NCBI GenBank assembly: GCA_964410025.1
Contig: CAYPFA010000001.1
Coordinates: 31,401 to 95,400 of the forward strand
Reading direction: 5' to 3'
DNA from: Candidatus Woesearchaeota archaeon
GTDB taxonomy: Archaea > Nanobdellota > Nanobdellia > Pacearchaeales > GW2011-AR1
DNA: 64,000 nt
The translations under genes and the position numbers were made by a program. Under the pieces are notes generated by a model that saw nothing but the letters and a program-made list of their open reading frames with translations, ran no database searches and was not told where the DNA came from. Shown piece by piece: positions 35,209 to 42,901 of the stretch (position 1 is its first letter; each line of letters opens with the position of its first letter).

Positions 35209-36375
35209 TTATGGGTTAATAGAATCTATCAACATTTTCTCAGAAAGTTTTTCTTCTTTTCCAGTCTTCATATTTTTCAAAGTATATTTTTTATTCCTAA
35301 CTTCATCTTCTCCAATAATAATTACTTTCCCAATTTTTTTCGCATTTGCAAAATCCAAAGCCTTACTTGGCGCTTTATCTGTTAACAAAACAACTGCAAC
35401 ATTTTTCTCCCTTAATTTCTGCGCAATCTCTATTGCTTTCTCGTCTTGATTCATTGATAAAATTAAAAAATCTTTATTCTCATTGTCAATTTTTGAAAGC
35501 AAAAATAATGGTTCGAGTCCAAAGGAAATTCCAGCTGACTGACTTCCGTTTATCATATAGGCACCACCACCAGAAAGTGCAACACCCAAATCCTTGCTCC
35601 AAATTTCAAATACACTTCCGTTATAATAACTCAAACCCCTTGCTAGAAACGGTCTGAATTCAATTTCAACACCATAACTTTTACAAAGTTCTTTCAGTTT
35701 AACAATATCTTTATAATAAGAATATTTCGCAAAACTTTTTTCTGGAGATGTAAATATATCAACCAACTTTTCAGCTTTCAATTCCTTAAGATTTTTCTTA
35801 ACTTCTTCCTTAGATAATTTATCTAACTTATCAAGCTCTCTTATAACCTGCTCTCTTTCTCTTTCTGGAATTCGCTCAGCTTCCAAAACTTCATTAATCA
35901 ATTTTCTATTATTAAAATAAATTGTTGCTGGGATTTTCAAACCTTCAAAAACATTTTTCGCCAAAGCCATTAACTCAGCCTCTTCTTTTATGGAACTTCC
36001 AATAACATCTGCATCACACTGAATAAACTGCCTAAGTCTGCCTTTCTTTATCGGCTCATCTCTAAAAACATAACCAATCTGATATCTTTTGTATGGCAAT
36101 TTTTGATTTTTTGCAATTCTTTTTAGCTGAAATGTAAATTCAAATCTTAAAGCAAGTTTTCTTTCTCCCCTATCTTGCAATCTAAAAACATCCCTAACGG
36201 CCTCGTCTTTTTCATTGTCGCCTTTAACAAATTCTTCAGATTCTACAATCGGAGTCTCAGCCGGTTCAAAACCAAATAATTTAAATTGATTTCTAATTAT
36301 CTCCATCATATTTTCTCTCTTCTTAGCATCCTCGCCAAAAAAATCCTGAAATCCCTTAATAGTTTCTGTGTTCAT
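35209..36375 (-). CDS. histidyl-tRNA synthetase-like protein (probable HisZ regulatory subunit, or divergent HisRS)
   Basis: Class II HisRS-like motifs GFQDFF, FRDEPIKKGRLRQFIQCD and SGGGAY (Arg of the GGGRY motif replaced), plus a C-terminal anticodon-binding-like alpha/beta domain. It is the last gene of an operon that starts with a short-form hisG, which normally needs HisZ. Confidence 0.65.
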   Translation of the reverse strand: MNTETIKGFQDFFGEDAKKRENMMEIIRNQFKLFGFEPAETPIVESEEFVKGDNEKDEAVRDVFRLQDRGERKLALRFEFTFQLKRIAKNQKLPYKRYQIGYVFRDEPIKKGRLRQFIQCDADVIGSSIKEEAELMALAKNVFEGLKIPATIYFNNRKLINEVLEAERIPEREREQVIRELDKLDKLSKEEVKKNLKELKAEKLVDIFTSPEKSFAKYSYYKDIVKLKELCKSYGVEIEFRPFLARGLSYYNGSVFEIWSKDLGVALSGGGAYMINGSQSAGISFGLEPLFLLSKIDNENKDFLILSMNQDEKAIEIAQKLREKNVAVVLLTDKAPSKALDFANAKKIGKVIIIGEDEVRNKKYTLKNMKTGKEEKLSEKMLIDSINP

Positions 36376-36806
36376 TTTAGCTCCTTCTCATAAATAAACT
36401 GATTTTTACTCAATTTATATCTTTTGTTTTTATAAAATTTAAATGCTTTCGAACTTTTAAGACTAATCAACATCAAAAGTTTACAACCTCGTCGTGCATA
36501 TTCTTTCTCCATCCAGTCTAAACAAAAACTTCCGAGACCCTTATTTCTGAATTCTCCTTTAATTGCAAATTGTTCTAGCGATGCAACCTGCCCAGAAATA
36601 AACTGATAAGGATTTATCACAAAAAATCCAACAATTTTATTTTTATAAAAAACAGAATAAACATCACAATATCTGGAAAAAACTTTCAATTTTTTCAGAG
36701 CAAGTTTCGGCGTCCAACTTTCATTATACTCTTTTGAAAAAACGTCCGAATAAATTTCAGCAATTTTTCCATATTCCCAAAACCTAGTTTTTCTGATTGT
36801 TATCAT
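36372..36806 (-). CDS. GNAT family N-acetyltransferase
   Basis: EFRNKGLGSF acetyl-CoA-binding motif (Q/RxxGxG/A). Confidence 0.7.
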   Translation of the reverse strand: MITIRKTRFWEYGKIAEIYSDVFSKEYNESWTPKLALKKLKVFSRYCDVYSVFYKNKIVGFFVINPYQFISGQVASLEQFAIKGEFRNKGLGSFCLDWMEKEYARRGCKLLMLISLKSSKAFKFYKNKRYKLSKNQFIYEKELK

Positions 36807-38035
36807 AATAATTCCTTCTCTAATTTAATTAGATTTTTCTTATTTATTAAGGTTTCTTTCTCAAGTCTAGCCAGTGCGGCTTTTTTGTGTCCGTCAAGTC
36901 CCTCAAGTTTCGCCAGTTTAGCAGCAATATTTTGAAGCGCCTTGCTATTCTTATTTATTTTTTGGAAAGTAGTAATTTTAATAAAATCTTTTACAGATAA
37001 TCCAGATGCATATCTTGCAGCACCTCCAGTAGGTAATGTGTGATTTGTTCCAGAGCAATAATCTCCAAAGACTTCTGCGGAATAATTTCCAATAAATAAA
37101 GATCCGTAATTACTTAATTTACTAATTATTTTTTCTGGATTCTTTATTTGTAATTCTAGGTGTTCCGGAGCCATGGAGTTAGAAATATCTATGGCTATTC
37201 CGAGATTCTTTACGACTTGAATCTTGCTTTTTCTTAATGAGATGCGAGCGACATCTTTTGTTTTTAATTCCGCCAACTGAATTTTTAATTCGCAAGCTAC
37301 ATCTTCAGCGAGTTTTTTTGATGTTGTTAGTAAATTGGCTTTCGCTTCCATATCGTGTTCTGCTTGAGCCAATAAATCGGCGGCAATAAACTTTGGAACA
37401 GCAGTCTCATCGGCTATTATTAATACCTCACTTGGTCCAGCAATAAAGTCAATCCCAACATCACCATAAACCATTCTCTTTGCTTCTGCTACATATTTAT
37501 TTCCCGGTCCCACAATTTTATCCACCATTGGCACTTGCCTTGTCCCATAGGCCATTCCAACTATTGCCTGAACACCACCAATGTTAAAAATTTCATCTGC
37601 ACCAGCGATATCTGCTGCCACAATACTTATTGGAGAAATTTTAGGAGAACAAACTATTATTTTTTTCACGCCAGCTACTTTGGCAGGAATAACCGTCATA
37701 AGTGCAGTAGATGGGAGAGGATATCTTCCGCCAGGAACATAACATCCAACACAATCTAAGGGAATAATTTTCTGTCCGATTACTCCATAATTTTTTTTAA
37801 CACTAAAATTCCTAAATTGTTTCATTTGCGATTTTGCAAAACTTCGGATATTTTTAGCAGCCATAATTAATGTTTCTATTGCGTTTCTATCGGTTTTGGC
37901 ATATGCTTCTTTGATTTGTTTTTTTGTTAATCGAAAGCTAAAATTATCATTGTCATCGTAAAATTTATTATATTTTAAAATAGCCAAATCTCCATTTTGT
38001 TTTACATCTTTAATTATTTTTTTTACAATTTTCAT
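36803..38035 (-). CDS. hisD: histidinol dehydrogenase
   Basis: YVPGGRYPLPSTALM, AGPSEVLIIAD, QAEHD and NHTLPTGGAARY motifs. Confidence 0.9.
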   Translation of the reverse strand: MKIVKKIIKDVKQNGDLAILKYNKFYDDNDNFSFRLTKKQIKEAYAKTDRNAIETLIMAAKNIRSFAKSQMKQFRNFSVKKNYGVIGQKIIPLDCVGCYVPGGRYPLPSTALMTVIPAKVAGVKKIIVCSPKISPISIVAADIAGADEIFNIGGVQAIVGMAYGTRQVPMVDKIVGPGNKYVAEAKRMVYGDVGIDFIAGPSEVLIIADETAVPKFIAADLLAQAEHDMEAKANLLTTSKKLAEDVACELKIQLAELKTKDVARISLRKSKIQVVKNLGIAIDISNSMAPEHLELQIKNPEKIISKLSNYGSLFIGNYSAEVFGDYCSGTNHTLPTGGAARYASGLSVKDFIKITTFQKINKNSKALQNIAAKLAKLEGLDGHKKAALARLEKETLINKKNLIKLEKELL

Positions 38036-38745
38036 TTTTTATCTCTCCTTAAATTTTCAAAAATGGAATAGTCGGTTGTAGATTTTGCGAGTATTTTTAT
38101 TGTGTTAAATATGGGGAAATCTGCACAATTGTCATCTACAATTAAAGGAAGTTCCGTGCATCCCAAAACTATTCCTTCTGCACCACACTGTAGTAATTTT
38201 TGCGATATTTTTAATAAATAATTCTTATCCACCTCAGTTTTATTCCCACCCAATACTCTTAGGATTATGTTGTTTATTTCTTCTATTTCATTATTGGACG
38301 GGGTTAGAATGTCAATACCATATTCTTTAAAATATTTTTGATAGAGTTTAAAATTATAAGTTGTTTTGGTGGCAAGCAATCCCACTTTTTTAATATTTTT
38401 TTTAGTTAAAAATATTGCAACTTCTTCTATGAGATTTAATGTCTTGATTTGAGCTGCATTGCTATAGGCGTCATAAATAATATTTATAGTATTGCATGGT
38501 ATGGAAATAATTTCAGCCCCAAGGATTTCGAGTTTTTTACAGCAATCTCTCATCATTTCCTCTGCGAGTTGAAGATTGGAAACATTTTCAACAATATCTG
38601 GAATTGGTAAATTTATAATATACATCTCCGGATATTCTGAGTCATATACGGCACCGTATTCATTTTGAAAAATATTTATTATCTCTTGGTAAAAGCGTAT
38701 TGTAGCTTCAGGACCCATGCCTCCGATAATGCCTATTTTTTTCAT
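38032..38745 (-). CDS. aspartate/glutamate racemase family protein
   Basis: IGIIGGMGPEAT N-terminus, with the two catalytic Cys contexts IPCNT and LGCTELP. Confidence 0.8.
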   Translation of the reverse strand: MKKIGIIGGMGPEATIRFYQEIINIFQNEYGAVYDSEYPEMYIINLPIPDIVENVSNLQLAEEMMRDCCKKLEILGAEIISIPCNTINIIYDAYSNAAQIKTLNLIEEVAIFLTKKNIKKVGLLATKTTYNFKLYQKYFKEYGIDILTPSNNEIEEINNIILRVLGGNKTEVDKNYLLKISQKLLQCGAEGIVLGCTELPLIVDDNCADFPIFNTIKILAKSTTDYSIFENLRRDKK

Positions 38746-39038
38746 TTTTTATCTCTCCTTGCATTTTCTTTATAAATATCTTCAAGCGTAATTTCAGCTT
38801 CGGTCATATAAACTAAAAGAAAATACATCAAATCTGCGCATTCCCAAATAAGATTCTCCTTGTCTTTTGATGTTATAACTTCTGCCGCTTCTTCTATTAA
38901 CTTTCTTTTCAAAAGTTCTTTATCTGCAACCAACTTTTTAGTGTAAGAATTTTCTTCTCCACTGGCAATTTTCGTTTTAATTTTTTCATAGAGCTCTTCT
39001 AAATTAAGTTCGTTATTCGTTTTCATTTTTACCTCCAA
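38742..39038 (-). CDS. hisE: phosphoribosyl-ATP pyrophosphatase
   Basis: NSYTKKL, KLIEEAAEV and ECADLMYFLLV motifs of the HisE/MazG-like family. Confidence 0.85.
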   Translation of the reverse strand: MEVKMKTNNELNLEELYEKIKTKIASGEENSYTKKLVADKELLKRKLIEEAAEVITSKDKENLIWECADLMYFLLVYMTEAEITLEDIYKENARRDKK

Positions 39039-39585
39039 TTATTACAATATCCGATTCGAAAATTTTATCATAGACTTTTAATCCGGCTTCTTCAGCCGAC
39101 TTTCCGGAATAAACAATATCGACGACTAAATCAACAATCTTGTTGACAAAAGCAGATTCGGTAGCACCAGAAAGATATATTTTTTCAAAAACAAAGCCGC
39201 GTTCAAATTCAAGTCTCGCCAAATATTTCTTGGCGATTTTGGAGTATTTCCGATTGATGCAAACTCTTAGTTTTTTTTCAAGCTCTTCAATTTTTTTATT
39301 TTTGTCTCCAAGTAAACAGAGAGTTGGTTTGCCATAAACGCAATCAGAATCGTTCCATGAGACAGTTTTAATTTTCTCAAATTTACTATTTCTATTTCTA
39401 ATACAAAATTCTTTCAGTAAATCCTCTCCAGTGATGCCAATGACTTTCTTGTTTTGCCTAAAAAGCTCATCAACAAATAACGGAACATCCTCTCCACGAA
39501 CCTCCAATATCTCTCCAGAATACTCCTTAGAAATTTCTTTACAAATAGCAAGTCCAGAATTTTTCGGTACGATGAATATAATCAC
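39013..39585 (-). CDS. hisG: ATP phosphoribosyltransferase, short form
   Basis: 190 aa with a GTG start. GITGEDLL and DLVVDIVYSGKSAEEAGL match the HisG catalytic region, and there is no C-terminal regulatory domain. Confidence 0.8.
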   Translation of the reverse strand: MIIFIVPKNSGLAICKEISKEYSGEILEVRGEDVPLFVDELFRQNKKVIGITGEDLLKEFCIRNRNSKFEKIKTVSWNDSDCVYGKPTLCLLGDKNKKIEELEKKLRVCINRKYSKIAKKYLARLEFERGFVFEKIYLSGATESAFVNKIVDLVVDIVYSGKSAEEAGLKVYDKIFESDIVIIGGKNENE

Positions 39586-39783
39586 AGCTTTGTTGAGCTA
39601 CCATGTTATACTCCGAGAAATAAAAAATTGCGAGTAGGGAATCGGATTTGTAGATTTATAGGCAGATGGGCTGGAAGGTGCGAGCAAAACGCTTTTGCTT
39701 TTATCTTGCACAGCAACTATTATTTCGTTTTTCGCAAATGCATTTTGTGAGTAAAGAATCGGACTGACCGATTCACATTTAAG

Positions 39784-39927
39784 GGCGGAAGGTGTGAGAC
39801 CTTTAGAGAAGGTCATCCCCACGGGAAATCGGACTTGTCCGATGAACACATTAAAGGCGGAAGGTGTGAGGCCTTTAGAGAAGGTCATCCCCACGGGAAA
39901 TCGGACTTGTCCGATGAACACATTAAA
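39784..39927 (-). repeat. two tandem 72-bp units, each a cloverleaf-like fold ending in the tRNA-His 3' terminus
   Basis: Unit (minus strand) = TTTAATGTGTTCATCGGACAAGTCCGATTTCCCGTGGGGATGACCTTCTCTAAAGG[C/T]CTCACACCTTCCGCC. Copies lie at 39927-39856 and 39855-39784 with 1 mismatch. The last 13 nt equal the T-stem 3' strand, acceptor 3' strand and C73 of the adjacent tRNA-His. A degenerate further copy CGCACCTTCCAGCC lies at 39682-39669. Confidence 0.85.
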
Positions 39928-40083
39928 GGCGGAAGGTGTGAATCGGACACACGTCTCACGAGTTCTGTCTTGTTGTCTGTCGCCAGACAGGAAGGATAGT
40001 TTTTCTACCTTCCTAGAGGCTCTTTTTTCTAAAAAGAACCTGTAGACCACAGTCGCGTATTCTACCATTGAACTACATCCGCC
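39928..40083 (-). tRNA. tRNA-His (anticodon GUG) with an 84-nt intron at 37/38
   Basis: The 5' exon is encoded G-1, GCGGATG, D arm GTTC-AATGGTA-GAAT, then CGCGA-CTGTGG. The intron spans 40046-39963. The 3' exon is C-TCGTG, AGAC, T arm GTGTG-TCCGATT-CACAC, CTTCCGC and discriminator C73 opposite G-1. Splice sites lie in 3-nt bulges (GG|T and AA|C) flanking a CTGT/ACAG helix, a relaxed bulge-helix-bulge. Confidence 0.7.
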
Positions 40084-40097
40084 ATATTTATTTCTGA

Positions 40098-40144
40098 ACG
40101 TCTCTGAGCCACAGTCACGCATTCTACCATTGAACTACCGAGCT
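40098..40144 (-). pseudogene. intron-less partial tRNA-His-like copy (about positions 1-47) immediately upstream of tRNA-His
   Basis: AGCTCGG-TA-GTTCAATGGTAGAAT-G-CGTGA-CTGTGG-CTCAGAGACGT. The D arm and anticodon loop are identical to tRNA-His, but the acceptor strand differs, there is no G-1 and no matching 3' strand. A TATA-like ATTTAAAG lies about 28 nt upstream. Confidence 0.5.
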
Positions 40145-40665
40145 TTAGCTTTTGACAACTTTCCTGTTCTTTAAATCTTCCGTATGGACAAAAGACAAGG
40201 CAGGGAAAGGAGCCATTAATTATATTTAAATCTAAATTCGAGGGTATAAAAATGTTGTTAGAATTGGAAATAAAGCAAAGGCTAGTTGAATTACAAACTG
40301 TGCCGATAACTCCATTGATTTACCATAATAATTTTAGAGCTACCACCTTTAAAAAGTTTTCTATTCCAAATCAAACCATACCTTTTTAATCTCCTTTCAC
40401 GACTATATTTTATGGACAACAAATTTTTAGCGATAAGAAACAAGAGCATGATTGCCAGGACTAAGTCTAGACAAGGCAATCAAAATATGAAAACACTCGG
40501 TATAACTAACCCAAAGTATAATGAACGTGGAGAAAGAAAAAGAGAAAGATACCAAAAAGCAAGCGAAAAAGGAAGAGATCTCTACCATAAGGCAAGAAGA
40601 CGTGGAGCAAACAATCAAAGAACAAGAAGACGTAGAAGAAGATAAATTAGAAGGATTTTTATAGA

Positions 40666-41742
40666 TTGAAAATATTTAGTTTTATGCCAATAAAATTTAG
40701 AAAATTAAAAAATCCGACAAGAGGGACAGAAATTGGATATGCGACAATTCCATTAAAAGATATTGATTCTCCGGAAATTTATAGAGATATTTCTACTGCA
40801 ATTGAGAAAGTTTATGATTCTGTAGAAAATGGAGAATACGATAGAGGAAGAAGCAATCCGATTAAGCGTGTCGCAGAAGGTTGGCATAAGCCCAATGCTT
40901 CCACATATAAAATGTCAGATGAGCAATTATTGAATCCAATGGTGAAAGAACTTAAAGAATTTGCGAAATCAGATAAAAAAGAAATGAGCCTGGAAGTACT
41001 GAGCCCTAAAGAATCGGACCCATTTTATTTTTCATTAAGAAAGACAAGGGGGCAAATATTAATAGTCCCAAGACCATTTATCCATACTATTTATAGAACA
41101 AGAAAAAACAAACTTGATACAACAGGGCAAGCAGATGTTGGTTCTTCTACAGCCCAATATAACGACGTACTTTCTATTTTAAAAGAAGGTTTTAGTCTCC
41201 CAACTGGAAAACATTGGGACACTAATGCATTACCTAAAAAATCCAAAGAACATAGATTTAATGAAAGTTATTCTGCTGGAGATAGAAAAGAGGAAGGAAA
41301 TGTAACTAGCAAGGACAGGTATTCAATAGAATTATTTCATGATGAAGGAAGGACCAATGGGAGTGAATATGCAATTATTTCAGCTTCACCCCAGAGAATA
41401 TTATCTGTTAATATACAATTAGATAAGGATGCCTCTGAGGAAGAAAAAGAAAAAAAGATGCAATTTTATGATAAAGAAATAACAGGAAGATATAAAGTTC
41501 CAGTAAGATTTTTTGATGACTCTGGGAAAAGAGCATTCCCAACACAACAATCTCTTGAACAAAAATTCTCAGTCATCGCCATCGTCGGTTTTTTATCTTC
41601 TTTATTTTTCATCGGTTCGAGTGTGACAGGAAATGCAATTGCAGATTTAACTTCAACAACTTCTAATTTTATCGGAGCAGGATTATTTTTAATCGGAATA
41701 GTTGGAGCTTTATTTTATTTTAAATCAAAAAACAAATTTTAA
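40666..41742 (+). CDS. hypothetical protein with C-terminal transmembrane anchor
   Basis: 358-aa ORF (TTG start, alternative ATG at 40684) with two C-terminal hydrophobic helices. No recognised motif. Confidence 0.5.
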   Translation: MKIFSFMPIKFRKLKNPTRGTEIGYATIPLKDIDSPEIYRDISTAIEKVYDSVENGEYDRGRSNPIKRVAEGWHKPNASTYKMSDEQLLNPMVKELKEFAKSDKKEMSLEVLSPKESDPFYFSLRKTRGQILIVPRPFIHTIYRTRKNKLDTTGQADVGSSTAQYNDVLSILKEGFSLPTGKHWDTNALPKKSKEHRFNESYSAGDRKEEGNVTSKDRYSIELFHDEGRTNGSEYAIISASPQRILSVNIQLDKDASEEEKEKKMQFYDKEITGRYKVPVRFFDDSGKRAFPTQQSLEQKFSVIAIVGFLSSLFFIGSSVTGNAIADLTSTTSNFIGAGLFLIGIVGALFYFKSKNKF

Positions 41743-42806
41743 TCCTCTTCCAGTTTCGCCAATTCTTCAAACAATTTTATCTGAGCCTTACTTAATTTCT
41801 TCGGAGTTCTAACTGTAATATTAACAAACTGATCTCCATGATGATGCGTATCACCAAGATGTTGAATCCCCTTACCTTTCAATCTCAAAACTTTTCCAGA
41901 CTCAGTTCCCTTATCTATTTTAATTTTTATCTTTTCGGAAGACAACGTTGGAATTTCAAGCTCAGCTCCAAGTGCAGCCTGTGGAAAACTTACATCAAGT
42001 TCAATATAAACATCATGCTCTTCTCTTCTAAAAACATTATCTGGTTTAACATTAATTAATAAAAATAAATCTCCTTCTGCACCATTTTTAACAGCACCCC
42101 CTCCGCCTCTAATCTTCAAAGTCTGTCCATCATCAATTCCAGCTGGAATTTTTACTTTCACCTTTTCTTTATTCAAAAAAACTCCTTTCCCGTAGCAAGC
42201 AGAGCAAACGTTTTCGGGGATTTGCCCCTCGCCATTACAACTCTCGCACCTAATTGTTCTACTAATTACTCCGAATGGAGTTTTTTGATTGACTTTCAGC
42301 CTTCCACGACCATTACAATTAGAGCAACTTCTAAACTCTTTATCTTCCGCTCCAGTCCCATCGCACTCTTCACAGGGCACATTTCTTTCGACCAAAATTT
42401 CTTTTTCACATCCAAACACAGCTTCCTTAAATTCAATTATTAATCTGAAACGCAAATCTTTTCCAACTTCATCTTCCTCATCTTCATCATCGTATCCGCC
42501 GCCAAAACCTCCGTTTCTAAATAAATTAATTATGTCTTCAAAACCTCCGCCACCACCACGAGAACTAAATCCTTGACCCGAATGGCTTGTCTCACCCATA
42601 TCATATTTTCTTCGTTTTTCATCGTCTTCCAATGTACTAAAAGCCTCATTTATTTCCTTAAATTTTTCCTCATATTCTTTCTTTTTATCAGCTTCAGCTT
42701 TATCCGGATGAAATTTCAAAACTAATTTTTTATAAGCCTTTCTAATAGTCTCGCTAGAATCGCTCTTCTTCACTCCAAGTATTTCATAATAATCCTTTTT
42801 TGCCAT
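41739..42806 (-). CDS. dnaJ: molecular chaperone DnaJ
   Basis: J domain DYYEILGV...HPD, a G/F-rich linker, and four CxxCxGxG zinc-finger repeats. Confidence 0.9.
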   Translation of the reverse strand: MAKKDYYEILGVKKSDSSETIRKAYKKLVLKFHPDKAEADKKKEYEEKFKEINEAFSTLEDDEKRRKYDMGETSHSGQGFSSRGGGGGFEDIINLFRNGGFGGGYDDEDEEDEVGKDLRFRLIIEFKEAVFGCEKEILVERNVPCEECDGTGAEDKEFRSCSNCNGRGRLKVNQKTPFGVISRTIRCESCNGEGQIPENVCSACYGKGVFLNKEKVKVKIPAGIDDGQTLKIRGGGGAVKNGAEGDLFLLINVKPDNVFRREEHDVYIELDVSFPQAALGAELEIPTLSSEKIKIKIDKGTESGKVLRLKGKGIQHLGDTHHHGDQFVNITVRTPKKLSKAQIKLFEELAKLEED

Positions 42807-42901
42807 TATACAATCACCATTGTTCCTAGTATCATTTGTATTGGATGCGTTTTAACCATAATTGATAAGAACCTTTTTGTTTTTTAAATTCATCTGTAGA
42901 A

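Noticed and set aside
39598-40122. 174-aa minus-strand ORF, together with the 83-aa plus-strand ORF at 39794-40045
   Set aside because: Both run through the tRNA-His gene, its intron and the 72-bp tandem repeats. The repeats generate repeated peptide segments, and the GC-rich structured DNA is open in several frames. There is no coding signature, so I interpret the region as RNA or repeat sequence.
40412-40645. 77-aa arginine-rich ORF (ends RRGANNQRTRRRRRR), with overlapping antisense ORFs at 40291-40479 and 40427-40618
   Set aside because: It is a low-complexity purine-rich stretch that is open on both strands, with no motif. It could be a small basic protein, but the sequence alone does not support a call.
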